Origin: Deltaproteobacteria bacterium
Lineage (GTDB): Bacteria > Myxococcota_A > Polyangia > JAAYKL01
Direction of reading: 5' to 3'
Assembly (NCBI GenBank): GCA_030621515.1
Contig: JAUXHN010000003.1
Coordinates: forward strand, 1-57,255
Length of the DNA: 57,255 nucleotides
This document shows positions 9,353-18,758 of the stretch, piece after piece. Each line of letters begins with the position of its first letter. Positions within the stretch are counted from its first letter, which is position 1. Under the pieces are notes generated by a model. It did not search any database. It worked only from the letters and a program-made list of their open reading frames with translations, and was not told where the DNA came from. The position numbers and the translations under genes were made by a program.

Positions 9353-10558
9353 TTACGACTTGGTGCCGCATTCGGGGCAGAACTTCGCGCCTTCTTCGAG
9401 CTTGGCGCCGCAGTTGCTGCAAAACTTGGGACCCTGCGCGAGGGGCTGGCCGCACTCCGCGCAGAACTTGCCCGGCGCCACTTGCTTGTTGCACCCGGGA
9501 CACGTGACGCCCGCGCCGGCTGTTGCCTGGCCGGCGGGAGTCTGCGCACCCGCAAGCGCACCCGCGCCGCCTGTGGCTCCACCCTGGGGATAACCCTGCT
9601 GTTGAGGCGGCAAGGGAGGTGCCTGCTGCTGCTGCATTCCCTGCTGCTGGAACATCCCGGCCATACCGAACCCGACGCCGAGCGCCGCGCCCCCGAGCAT
9701 GGCGTTGCCGCCGCCACCGCCGCCACCTTCTCCGCCGCCGCCGCCGCCGCCGCCCGCCGCCATACCTTCTCCGGCGCCCATCAGAGCCTTGCCCGACGCG
9801 AACTGCTGGAACCCCTGCATGCCGCCGGCCATCCGCACGTACGCGGCGTCGGTGTACAGCTTCTTGAGGGTCTTTTCGTCCTCTTCCTTGATCCCGATGA
9901 CGAAGTTGCCCATCTGGGCGATGCGCACGCCGTAGTGCTCCGTGTACTTCTTGACGCCCTCGAGCACCGTCACCTCGATCTCCTCGGTGTACGCGCCGGA
10001 GACCACGTCTAGCAGCGGCCACTTCTCCTTGACGACGAGCTCGGCGATCTGATCGCGGATGACCTTCAACACCTGCTGCTTGAACCAGTTGAAGAAAGAA
10101 TCGTTGTCCGACTGCTGCATGCCCACGAGCCCGATGATGAGCTGCTCCGGGTTGAAGACCTGCAAGGCGAAGTCACCGTGGACCAGCGTCTCGACGGGAA
10201 CTCCGGACTTGGGATCCTCTACCGAGCCGATTCGCCCGCCGAACTTGATGCCCGGAAACTGTCGCGTGGAGACGAAGAACACCTCGGCGATAAGGACGTT
10301 GCCGCCCGTGAACGAGTCGACCAGGTTGGACAGGAACGGAATGTTGGAGGAATTCAGGGTATGCCGTCCCGGCGGAAGCTTTCCCTCAACTTTACCGTCC
10401 TTGAAGAAGACGGCCACCTCGTCCGAATCGACGGTCAGCTGAGCATAGTTGGGAATGGTTTGATCCGGGTGCTTGTAGATCGCGAAGTCTTTGGCTTCGT
10501 CCGGTCGCGCGATCATCATCTCCTGGACGCCGCGCTTCAGAAAACTGCCGATACCCAT
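9353..10558 (-). CDS. SPFH/band-7 domain protein (YdjI-like) with Gly/Gln-rich linker and double zinc ribbon
   Basis: AQLTVDSDEVAVFFKDGK..LPPGRHTL N-terminus. C-terminal CPGC/CAEC/CSNC/CPECG. Confidence 0.88.
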   Translation of the reverse strand: MGIGSFLKRGVQEMMIARPDEAKDFAIYKHPDQTIPNYAQLTVDSDEVAVFFKDGKVEGKLPPGRHTLNSSNIPFLSNLVDSFTGGNVLIAEVFFVSTRQFPGIKFGGRIGSVEDPKSGVPVETLVHGDFALQVFNPEQLIIGLVGMQQSDNDSFFNWFKQQVLKVIRDQIAELVVKEKWPLLDVVSGAYTEEIEVTVLEGVKKYTEHYGVRIAQMGNFVIGIKEEDEKTLKKLYTDAAYVRMAGGMQGFQQFASGKALMGAGEGMAAGGGGGGGGEGGGGGGGNAMLGGAALGVGFGMAGMFQQQGMQQQQAPPLPPQQQGYPQGGATGGAGALAGAQTPAGQATAGAGVTCPGCNKQVAPGKFCAECGQPLAQGPKFCSNCGAKLEEGAKFCPECGTKS

Positions 10559-10818
10559 GTCTCTCTCCTTCGCCTTGATAATAAAGGCGGATACTTTACG
10601 AATTCTCGTACTCGAAGCTTGAAAGTATAGTGTCCACCCGCAATTCGGTCAACGAGCCCGCTCGCAGATCGTTCATCCGCCATAGCGAGCCCGGTTCGGA
10701 CGCGCGACGAAGAAATGAGCCCAAAGCAGGGCCACCGCGCTCCAGATATTGACAGCCTTTTTCTGTAAGAGATCAAGCAAAAGGACGCTACAATCACGCA
10801 CCCTACTCGGAGGCTGCC

Positions 10819-11997
10819 ATGCGATTCCACTTCATGCTCCTGTTACAAGCGATACTGCTCCTGTCGCTCCTTCTCGGCTGCGGCGGGTCTGGAAAAAGAC
10901 CCGGGAGGGCGTCCGATTCCGACGCGGAGGAAACCGATACGGAAGAACGGATGACCGCGGAGGATATGATCCCCCGGGCCGTGCTCGTTCGAGCCGAGTT
11001 CACCCGCGAGGTGGACCACAAGCGCTTCAAGGCCACGGGCGACATTCTCGAGGAGTTCGATCCGACCGTTGAGGTCATCTACCTGGTGGGCAAACTCAAG
11101 CGGGTACCCACACAGGCGAGGATCGAGGTCCGCTGGTTTCGGGACTCCAAGAGGGATCCCCTTCTCATCTCGGATATCCACGGTTCGGGCCGTTTCTCCT
11201 TCGTGGCCGATTTTCGACCCGTCGAAGACGAATTCATCCCCGGATCACACACGGCTCGCATCTTTGTCGACGATGCTGAGGTGGGGGGTGCCTCGTTCAC
11301 GATCGCGGGGGAAGATCCCTTTGCCGCCGGGGTGCGCGTCAAGAAGACAACCGTCTCTACCCGGGTGACCCGGAAGATGAAGCCCCGGCAGCCGGCCAGG
11401 GCATTCAGGGAAAAAACAAAAAAGCTCCACGTCACCTTCGACATCGAAAACGCTTCGCCTGAAACCGAAGTCACCGTGCGCTGGCTTCGCAACGACGACC
11501 TGTTCAACGAACAGGAGGTCAGCGTGGCACCAAGAGGGCGGTTCGGGAGCGTGATTGAATCCCCCGCCGGGCTACCCTCGGGAAACTACGTCGTGGAGAT
11601 CGAGGCAAATGGCGAAGCGAAGGCGCAAACCCGCTTCGTCATCGGGGAGGTGTCCGACGGACCGGCGGTGGATCTCCTGGCCCTCGGTCTCGCCCTTGGC
11701 GGCGACAACCTGCCCACGGTGGAGCAGACGGCGTTCAAGGTGGGCCATCCGGCCATCAAGTGCGGATTGAGGTTTCTGGACGTGCCGCCGGAATCGATCG
11801 TCGAGGTTCAGTGGATCCAGCTAGAGGAGGACAGCGAATCCATCTGGCACACGACGCGCACCGCCGTGACCGCCGGAGGATCCGGGACATTGAGCGCTGT
11901 GTGGGAAGCGAACGGCTCTTTTGCGGAAGGACAGTACAAGGTCGTCGTGTTGATCAACGACGCGGCCGTGGCCGAAAAGGAATTCACTATCGAGTGA
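10819..11997 (+). CDS. Lipoprotein with three tandem beta-sandwich-like repeats, function unknown
   Basis: Lipobox LLLGC. Three ~120-aa units each ending G-[SNQ]-[HY]-x-V/A-x-I...F-x-I. Confidence 0.8.
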   Translation: MRFHFMLLLQAILLLSLLLGCGGSGKRPGRASDSDAEETDTEERMTAEDMIPRAVLVRAEFTREVDHKRFKATGDILEEFDPTVEVIYLVGKLKRVPTQARIEVRWFRDSKRDPLLISDIHGSGRFSFVADFRPVEDEFIPGSHTARIFVDDAEVGGASFTIAGEDPFAAGVRVKKTTVSTRVTRKMKPRQPARAFREKTKKLHVTFDIENASPETEVTVRWLRNDDLFNEQEVSVAPRGRFGSVIESPAGLPSGNYVVEIEANGEAKAQTRFVIGEVSDGPAVDLLALGLALGGDNLPTVEQTAFKVGHPAIKCGLRFLDVPPESIVEVQWIQLEEDSESIWHTTRTAVTAGGSGTLSAVWEANGSFAEGQYKVVVLINDAAVAEKEFTIE

Positions 11998-12625
11998 TGT
12001 TGTTCATGGAGATAATGATCTCCTGATTCGGGGCGCCGTGCATGTGTTTCATGGGATCCACTGCCTTTCCCCTCACCAGCAGGGCGAAGTGCAGGTGCGC
12101 CCCCCTCGAGATACCCGTGTTGCCCACGTTGCCGATCACGTCGTTTCGTTCCAGTCGTTGCCCCGGCTCGACCTTGAAGCGATCGAGATGCGCGTACAGT
12201 GTGACCCATCCTCCCGAGTGCAACACCATTACCAGGTTGCCGTACCCACGTACCTCGTTGTCGGAGTAGCCGACTATTCCCGGCGCCATCACGTGAACGG
12301 GAGTTCCTATATCCGCCGTGATATCGACGGCGCGATGTCTCCCGTTGTCCGATTTGAAGCCTCTTCCGAGGCGATGATCCGGGATTGGCCATAGGAGATA
12401 GCCCGGAGGCTCAAATCCACCTGCGGCCATCTCCCAGCTTATGGGGAATTCTCCGTTCAGCAACAGAGTTGCCGCTTTGCGGGTTCCAAGACCCAGATCA
12501 TCGGCCAGTTTTTGCGCCTCGATGTGACTGAAGACCGTGCCCTGGGCCCGACTGCTCAGGGAAACGGAAAAAAAGGCGATAAAAGATGCCAGAAGCAAGG
12601 CCGTTGTCAAGAAAGGATATTTCAT
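11987..12625 (-). CDS. M23 family metallopeptidase, exported
   Basis: HRAVD, YGN, YAHL and HLHF motifs. Signal peptide from ATG 12625 (MKYPFLTT). Confidence 0.88.
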   Translation of the reverse strand: MKYPFLTTALLLASFIAFFSVSLSSRAQGTVFSHIEAQKLADDLGLGTRKAATLLLNGEFPISWEMAAGGFEPPGYLLWPIPDHRLGRGFKSDNGRHRAVDITADIGTPVHVMAPGIVGYSDNEVRGYGNLVMVLHSGGWVTLYAHLDRFKVEPGQRLERNDVIGNVGNTGISRGAHLHFALLVRGKAVDPMKHMHGAPNQEIIISMNNITR

Positions 12626-12701
12626 AATCTTCGTGTTCCTCGATGCCCGAAACGCGATGATTATCGCGGATATTCCCGTCTCTTTCAAGAAACTTGGGTT
12701 C

Positions 12702-13172
12702 CTATGCGAACTCCTCGATGAGCTTGTCGTCCCACTCGTCGGCGACAGTGGCGACCGTGTGCAACATGTCCTCGAACTCGGCATAGTCGAGCCCGTCGAC
12801 GGAGCGGAGCGCGCGCAGGCACACCGTGTCGGTTTCCTTCTCGATGGCAAACGCGCCGTCCGAAGTGGCCAGAAAGTTCAGTTCCAGCAGGTACCTGTAG
12901 AGTTCGGTACTTCGCTCTTGCGGGATCTTCATAATGCGGGACAGGAAGAGCAGTACACCCTGTTCCTCGATGACGTTGATCCCGATGGTCGCCGACCCTC
13001 TGTTCACGCTCGTGTACCCGTCATCGTCGAGGGGATCGAACGCCACCGATTCACCGGTCGCCTCCGACACCTTTTGGGAAAACCTTTTGATGAACTCGTC
13101 GATCAACGCAACCGCAGTGGAATGCTCTTCTCCCGTCTCCCGATCGATATATCGTTTGTTCACCTCGGTCAT
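12702..13172 (-). CDS. CesT/YbjN-like chaperone-fold protein
   Basis: Small acidic protein with LYRYLLELNF..TSDGAFAI and a C-terminal amphipathic helix. Confidence 0.75.
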   Translation of the reverse strand: MTEVNKRYIDRETGEEHSTAVALIDEFIKRFSQKVSEATGESVAFDPLDDDGYTSVNRGSATIGINVIEEQGVLLFLSRIMKIPQERSTELYRYLLELNFLATSDGAFAIEKETDTVCLRALRSVDGLDYAEFEDMLHTVATVADEWDDKLIEEFA

Positions 13173-13188
13173 TTTGGATCCTCCTTCT

Positions 13189-13246
13189 TGAAGCCGGCCG
13201 CCATCATCTTCCCCTTCCCCTCGCAGGGGAAGGTCGGGATGGGGTT
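13189..13246 (+). repeat. Palindromic REP-like element, family Y, copy A (intergenic)
   Basis: 58 nt with 4 mismatches to 45619-45676. Perfect hairpin CCTTCCCCT-CGC-AGGGGAAGG at 13213-13233. Confidence 0.9.
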
Positions 13247-13253
13247 AACAAAA

Positions 13254-14276
13254 TTATCTGAATCCAACGATCTCTTCGAGCGCAATCGTAACCATTAGAT
13301 CGAGCTTCGACGGTTCCTCGACGGGTAACGACAACCCTCGGCTTCGAAGGAAGTCCTCCGTCCAGGTGGTCTCGAACTGCGCTGCGCTCATCCGGCGCTT
13401 GAAAAACGCCCCGGTTGACCAGCGGCACGTCTTGTCCATGCGAGACAGCGCACGACGGGCACCCGCCGCCAGATCGAATCCCGCCGGAACCTGTTCTCTC
13501 GCGAGCGAAGAGATCTCGTTTACGATCTCTTCGGTATCGCCTCGGAACGGAGAGATGATGTGGAGAGTCCTGCCCCCGGGGTCCGGATCTATATCCTCGA
13601 GGCCGACCACCACGTCGACCAGGTAATCCAGATCCGTGAGAAGGAGCCGCCCGTTTCCCTCCCAGGGGCTGGAGTCTGCGGCGGCCAGGCACAGGTGAAC
13701 CAGCGGGCACAAATCCTCACCCTCTCCGACGATCCAGCCCGACCGGATCACCGTAATGGGGATCTCTCCGAAGTGCCTGCGGTACACTCGCTCGGCGGCA
13801 AGACGCATCTTTGCGGATTCTCCGTCGAACCGCTGGCCCACGGCAAGATCCACTTCGCGAAAAGCTCCCCGGTGATTGCCCGCCACGTCCAGGTGGGACA
13901 GCACTACCACCTGTCCGAGGTTCTTCGCCGCCAGCGCCAGCTCCAGCACCTCCCGCCCGGTGGTCTTGGCGGATGCGAGGTCGTCTCCGTCCGTGTAGGA
14001 ACACGGTGGCACCAGGCTGTAAATCGATGAGACCTGATCGGCAAGGCGTCTGAACCGTTCCCCGGACAAGCCGAAATCGATATGGTTCCAGTCGCCTTCG
14101 ATGATCTCTATATTGGTGCCCGCTCGTCGGATTCGCTCCTTCGCGCGAGGTAAATCGGACGGGTGGACAACTACCTCTACGGACATCTCGTTGCCGGACG
14201 CCAGTTTTAAAGCCACGCGACAGGCCGGCTCCGCAGGGAAACCCAGGATCAGAGCAGTTCCGCCGCCATTACTCAT
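13254..14276 (-). CDS. Degenerate extended-SDR / NAD-dependent epimerase (thioester-reductase-like) protein
   Basis: ALILGFP, IEGD...DFGLS, F.E.DL.VGQ.F, ITVIRSGWIVG. The YxxxK motif is not evident. Confidence 0.7.
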   Translation of the reverse strand: MSNGGGTALILGFPAEPACRVALKLASGNEMSVEVVVHPSDLPRAKERIRRAGTNIEIIEGDWNHIDFGLSGERFRRLADQVSSIYSLVPPCSYTDGDDLASAKTTGREVLELALAAKNLGQVVVLSHLDVAGNHRGAFREVDLAVGQRFDGESAKMRLAAERVYRRHFGEIPITVIRSGWIVGEGEDLCPLVHLCLAAADSSPWEGNGRLLLTDLDYLVDVVVGLEDIDPDPGGRTLHIISPFRGDTEEIVNEISSLAREQVPAGFDLAAGARRALSRMDKTCRWSTGAFFKRRMSAAQFETTWTEDFLRSRGLSLPVEEPSKLDLMVTIALEEIVGFR

Positions 14277-14902
14277 TTTACTTCTCCCCAGTAACGCTCT
14301 TTCAACACAGTTATCAGTTTTTTCGTTTCTCGCTCCAGCTCATCGAGAGTTCCATCATTTGGAATCACATGGTCGGCCACAGCGAGCTTCTCGTCCATGG
14401 GAAGCTGCGCCGCAATACGCACGGCGGCGGCCTGCTTTGAATACCCCTCTCTGAAGCTCAGCCTTGTCAACTGGTTTTCCACTGAACAGGAGACGACAAT
14501 CAGGGCTTCGAGGCTTTCGTGGATTCCGGTTTCCACCAGCAGCGCCGCTTCGTACACAGCCAGACGTATTCCTCTTTGCTCGATCAAGTGAAGGCCCTGT
14601 CCGGCGAGCTGTCCTATGGCTGGGTGAGTGATTGCTTCGAGGGCCGCGCGCCTCTGTGGATTGTCGAACACGATCTTGCCGAGTTTCTGCCGGTCTATGG
14701 TGCGATCGTCGTCTCCGAGAATATCTGCCCCGAATTCATCCACGACAGCCTGGTAGGCGATGCCGTCCGGCTCCAGGGACATATGCCCGAGGCCGTCCGC
14801 GTCGATTACCGGGATGCCGGCGCCTCTCATTATTTCGGCTACTGTGCTTTTACCCGAAGCGATGCCGCCGGTGAGTCCGACAACGGTGAGATCGGTGGTC
14901 AT
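14273..14902 (-). CDS. coaE: Dephospho-CoA kinase
   Basis: VGLTGGIASGKST, IDAD, IDRQKLG..VF, LEAITHP, LLVE. Confidence 0.95.
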   Translation of the reverse strand: MTTDLTVVGLTGGIASGKSTVAEIMRGAGIPVIDADGLGHMSLEPDGIAYQAVVDEFGADILGDDDRTIDRQKLGKIVFDNPQRRAALEAITHPAIGQLAGQGLHLIEQRGIRLAVYEAALLVETGIHESLEALIVVSCSVENQLTRLSFREGYSKQAAAVRIAAQLPMDEKLAVADHVIPNDGTLDELERETKKLITVLKERYWGEVK

Positions 14903-14935
14903 GGCGCTATCAGATTCTGCGCCCCCCAAAGGTGT

Positions 14936-15565
14936 CTAGAAGAGCCCATCAAGGGTGTCGTCCTCATCCTCGCCCTCGTCTTTCTCTGGCTCCGGCTCCG
15001 CCATGCCGCCCACCTCCTTCTCGGTCTCCGGAGTCGATCCGAAGCCGGCGGAAGCGGCGAAATCGTCGTCCATCGTTGTGGTCGGACCCTTATTTCCCTG
15101 GGGCTTGAGACGCTTCTTTGCACGCTGCAGCTTGACCGCCTCCCATTTCTTTCCGGCGTCGTCCTCGCCGTAACCCCATTCGCCCTTGACCCAGTGCACC
15201 ATGCGCTTCTTGGTGGTTCCTTCTTCATTGATGACGTACTTGAAATACCCGCCTCCCGTGGAATCGGCTATCTTGCCGCCCACCTTTGTGTTGGTGCTGG
15301 TCCATCGGAATTTATACAAATTCCCGGTGATGGTGCCCTCCATGCGTCCATACCGGCTGTCGCTCTCGAAGAGTCCGACCGCGTTTGATCCATCCACGGT
15401 GATTTCCAATCGACCCCACGCGGGGGACTGATATATGCCGTCAAAGGTTCCGTCCTGCGGCATGGTTCCCGCTCTGGCAGCGGATTTCCCGGGCTGAGGG
15501 CCGCCACAGCCGAATGCCACGGCCAGACCCAGAACGACAATTGCGCTTACAATCCAGTTTTTCAT
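14936..15565 (-). CDS. Hypothetical lipoprotein with acidic tail
   Basis: MKNWIVSAIVVLGLAVAFGC lipobox, GGGAGG RBS, beta-rich core. Confidence 0.8.
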   Translation of the reverse strand: MKNWIVSAIVVLGLAVAFGCGGPQPGKSAARAGTMPQDGTFDGIYQSPAWGRLEITVDGSNAVGLFESDSRYGRMEGTITGNLYKFRWTSTNTKVGGKIADSTGGGYFKYVINEEGTTKKRMVHWVKGEWGYGEDDAGKKWEAVKLQRAKKRLKPQGNKGPTTTMDDDFAASAGFGSTPETEKEVGGMAEPEPEKDEGEDEDDTLDGLF

Positions 15566-15638
15566 GGCTTCCTCCCGTTGATTGGACGCTGTGCAGTCTA
15601 GCAAGCCGTAATTCAAGCTGCAACGTTGAACTCCATTT

Positions 15639-15762
15639 ACCCCATCCCGGCCCCTCCTTCGCCAAGGCTACCCTCCTTCGCCAAGGGCTACGGCGAGGCA
15701 GGCGGCGAGGAAGGCTTCCCTTTTTGTTGGGGGGAAGGGGAAGATGTTGGAGGCCAGCATCA
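15639..15762 (-). repeat. Family Y REP-like copy C interrupted by two nested family X palindromes
   Basis: ACCCCATCCCGGC | insert 15652-15714 | CTTCCC...GGGGAAGGGGAAGATGTTGGAGGCC matches the reverse complement of copies A/B. Confidence 0.85.
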
Positions 15763-15878
15763 TATTGAATTGATCTTGTAGGGAGCGGGAAGGTTTGGTA
15801 ATGATTGTTACTTCTCTTTGTCGAGGGAGTGGTGTGCTTTTCGACGCTGTCGGCGATAGCACCAAGGGAGAACAATAA

Positions 15879-16361
15879 ATGGTCGATCCGCAGATGGTGA
15901 TGTACGAGGAGGAGTTCAACCAGATACAGGTGGTTTGCGACAAGCTCGTACGCGATGCCAATGCTCTTGTGGTTTTCATAGTAGATAAAAACGGGCAGTT
16001 GATTTCCACGTCAGGGGAATACGAGCATCTGGACACAACGTCCCTGGCTTCCCTGACCGCAGGTAACATTGCTGCAACCGGTGGAATGGCGAAGCTCCTC
16101 AAGGAGAACGAGTTCGCCACCCAGTTTCATGAGGGTGAGCATCAGAACATTCACATTCAGATAGTCGGACAGCGCGTCATTCTGGTAGTCATTTTCGACG
16201 AACGTTCCTCTCTGGGCCTGGTAAGGTTGAGGGTTCGCAAGGCAACTGCGGAACTCGACAGGATTTTCGGAATTCTGTTGAAAAAGGTTCAGGATCCCGG
16301 CACGCCTTCACCGTTCGCCGAGATCACCGATGATGACATCGATAACTTGTTCAACGATTAG
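15879..16361 (+). CDS. mglB: Gliding-motility polarity GAP MglB (roadblock/LC7)
   Basis: MYEEEF..I..VC..L..DANA.VVF.VDKNGQLI...DTTSLASLTAGN.AA.GG, ending ITDDDIDNLF. Confidence 0.97.
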   Translation: MVDPQMVMYEEEFNQIQVVCDKLVRDANALVVFIVDKNGQLISTSGEYEHLDTTSLASLTAGNIAATGGMAKLLKENEFATQFHEGEHQNIHIQIVGQRVILVVIFDERSSLGLVRLRVRKATAELDRIFGILLKKVQDPGTPSPFAEITDDDIDNLFND

Positions 16362-16378
16362 GAAAAGGGCCCCAATAG

Positions 16379-16966
16379 ATGTCGTTCATCAATTACTCAT
16401 CGCGTGAAATCAACTGCAAGATCGTTTATTACGGTCCCGGGTTGTGCGGCAAGACGACCAATCTCCAGTACATTTATAACCGTACAAACCCCGATGCCAA
16501 GGGCAAGATGATATCACTTGCCACCGAAACCGAGAGGACATTGTTTTTCGACTTTCTGCCGCTCTCTCTGGGAGAGATTCGCGGATTCAAAACAAGGTTC
16601 CATCTCTACACTGTTCCCGGGCAGGTTTTTTACGATGCTTCGAGAAAGCTCATCCTCAAAGGGGTGGACGGTGTCATTTTCGTGGCCGACTCTCAGATTG
16701 ACCGCATGGAAGCCAACATCGAGTCCATGGAAAACCTGCGGTACAACTTGCAGGAGCAGGGTTACGAGCTTGATAATCTTCCATTTGTGGTCCAGTATAA
16801 CAAGCGCGATCTTCCAAATGTGGCTTCCGTGGACGAGCTTCGCGAGTTGCTCAACATCACCATAGTCCCCGATTTCGAGGCCGTCTCTACCACCGGCCAA
16901 GGGGTCTTCGATACCCTCAAGGCGGTCGCCAAACTGGTGCTCACGGATCTCAAACGCGGCAGCTGA
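16379..16966 (+). CDS. mglA: Ras-like GTPase MglA
   Basis: MSFINYSSREINCKIVYYGPGLCGKTTN, TVPGQ, NKRD. Confidence 0.98.
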   Translation: MSFINYSSREINCKIVYYGPGLCGKTTNLQYIYNRTNPDAKGKMISLATETERTLFFDFLPLSLGEIRGFKTRFHLYTVPGQVFYDASRKLILKGVDGVIFVADSQIDRMEANIESMENLRYNLQEQGYELDNLPFVVQYNKRDLPNVASVDELRELLNITIVPDFEAVSTTGQGVFDTLKAVAKLVLTDLKRGS

Positions 16967-16992
16967 TTGAACGGCCCACAAAGGAGACAACA

Positions 16993-17814
16993 ATGAAAAT
17001 TCCGGTTTGCCTTTTCATCGGATTCTCGATGGTATTGCTCATCGCCGCCGGTTGCGGCATTCCCGAGGAGCAATACAACGCCAAGGTCAAGGAAGCAGCA
17101 AAGTTGCGAGCGGATCTGGACGAGGCCACCGCAGCGAACAAGAAGCTCGAGGAGCAGCTCTTCGAGATGCGTTCCGAGAACCAGACCCTGGCGGCTCGCT
17201 TGATGGAGCTGGGCGATGACGTGGAGAAGCTCCTGGGCGAGAAGAGCGTTCTCTCTTCCGACTTGCAACAAACACGGGATCGCGAGATGCGCCTGCGCCG
17301 CGAGCAGGAAGCCCAGCGTGCCAGGATGGCCAAGTACCGCCAGGTCATCGAGAAGTTCAAGTCCCTGATAAGCTCCGGCAAGCTCAAGATCCGCATCGTG
17401 CGCGGACAGCTGGTGGTGGAGCTGTCATCCAGCATCCTGTTCGAGTCGGGCAAGGCCGTGCTGAGCGAGGAGGGCGAGGCGGCCCTCGCGGAGCTCGCGT
17501 CCATCCTGTCCACCATCAAGGGTCGAAGCTTCCAGGTCGCCGGACACACGGACAACGTCCCCATGAAGTCCAAGAAGTTCCCATCCAACTGGGAGCTTTC
17601 CGGGGAGCGCGCGGTCAAGGTTGTCAGGTTCCTTCAGGACTCGGGCGTCAACCCGAACAACCTGTCGGCGGCAGGCTATGCGGAATATCAGCCGGCAGCG
17701 AGCAACGACACCAGAGAAGGCAAGGCCAGTAATCGCCGTATCGAGATCGTCCTCATGCCCAACCTCGACGAGCTCCCGGACCTCAGCGATCTCGAGAGCG
17801 ACATCGGCAAGTAA
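16993..17814 (+). CDS. OmpA/MotB-family peptidoglycan-binding lipoprotein with coiled coil
   Basis: Lipobox AAGC, ILFESGKA, GHTDNVP, SNWELS..RA, NRRIEI. Confidence 0.9.
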   Translation: MKIPVCLFIGFSMVLLIAAGCGIPEEQYNAKVKEAAKLRADLDEATAANKKLEEQLFEMRSENQTLAARLMELGDDVEKLLGEKSVLSSDLQQTRDREMRLRREQEAQRARMAKYRQVIEKFKSLISSGKLKIRIVRGQLVVELSSSILFESGKAVLSEEGEAALAELASILSTIKGRSFQVAGHTDNVPMKSKKFPSNWELSGERAVKVVRFLQDSGVNPNNLSAAGYAEYQPAASNDTREGKASNRRIEIVLMPNLDELPDLSDLESDIGK

Positions 17815-17819
17815 CCACC

Positions 17820-18755
17820 GTGAGCGAAACCGGGTCACCACGCTGTGCCGTCGGCCTGGATATCGGATCCAATACATTCAGTTGCGCCGAGATCGTGATC
17901 GACCCGACGGGTGCGCCCCTCGTCGTCAAGGACACCTCGAGGACGGTCCGGCTCTCGGAAGATCTCTTACCCGGCGGACGACTCAAGCAATCCGCGATAG
18001 CCCGTGGACTCGACACTCTCCTCGATCTCGCGCGGGATTTCGACATGGCGAGCAAGCCGTTTCGGGTTGTGGCCACCGCAGTTCTGAGGATGACGTCGCA
18101 CCCCCGGGATTTCACCGATCCGGCGGAAGAGATCCTGGGCGCCGACGTGGAGATCATCGACGGTGAAGGGGAGGCGCTGCTCGTCAGCCGGGGCGCCGTT
18201 CTCGATCTCGAGCCGGCCGCGAACGGAGCCGGCTGGATAATCGTAGACATCGGAGGTCAGTCGACCGAGGTGTGCGCAAGCGGCGGCACAGATCCGGAGA
18301 GACCGGTCAGCATGCCCCTGGGGGTGGTGGGGCTCACCGATCGGTTTCTCGACGACGATCCGCCGACCGTTGAGCAGATCTCGAACCTCGAAGACTACGT
18401 GTTCGAGCAAGTTTCGAAAGTCCTGCCCCGTAGTCCGGTCGGCCGGATTGTGGGCGTCGCAGGAACCGCCACCACCCTGGGGATGCTGCAGCTTGGCCGG
18501 ATGAAATGGGACAGGGCGGCGGTCCACGGATTGGAGATCTCCCGATCGGCGAGCCTCGATTGGCAAGGGCGCATGACGAAAATCGACACACAGGCTCGTC
18601 AGGAACATTTTGGCATCACGGGCCTGCGAGCGGATGTTTTCCCTGCCGGGCTTTGCATAATCAATACGTTGTTGAAATACTTCGAGCGAGATGTATTCAC
18701 GGTCAGCGCCAACGGCCTGCGTATCGGTGCCGCGCTTTCCATCTTGAAAGGTTGA
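17820..18755 (+). CDS. Ppx/GppA family exopolyphosphatase (short form)
   Basis: DIGSNT, VATAVLR, IIDGEGEA, DIGGQSTE, GVAGTATT, RADV..AG. Confidence 0.88.
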   Translation: MSETGSPRCAVGLDIGSNTFSCAEIVIDPTGAPLVVKDTSRTVRLSEDLLPGGRLKQSAIARGLDTLLDLARDFDMASKPFRVVATAVLRMTSHPRDFTDPAEEILGADVEIIDGEGEALLVSRGAVLDLEPAANGAGWIIVDIGGQSTEVCASGGTDPERPVSMPLGVVGLTDRFLDDDPPTVEQISNLEDYVFEQVSKVLPRSPVGRIVGVAGTATTLGMLQLGRMKWDRAAVHGLEISRSASLDWQGRMTKIDTQARQEHFGITGLRADVFPAGLCIINTLLKYFERDVFTVSANGLRIGAALSILKG

Positions 18756-18758
18756 AAA

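Noticed and set aside
9322-9726. 135-aa N-terminal extension of the 7570..9726 kinase ORF
   Set aside because: It overlaps the SPFH gene in another frame and reads as GC-rich shadow sequence; a good RBS plus GTG exists at 9321.
10560-10818. Possible ncRNA in the 260-nt intergenic region (GCTCGC/GCGAGC stem, GAGCCC x3)
   Set aside because: No recognisable family motif; adequately explained as divergent promoters.
15652-15714. Duplicated CCCTCCTTCGCCAAGG as a mini-CRISPR or terminator
   Set aside because: No spacers and no proper U-tract context; fully explained as nested palindromic elements.
16993-17814. Flagellar motB call
   Set aside because: It has a lipobox and coiled coil rather than the MotB TM Asp motif, with no motA or flagellar genes nearby.
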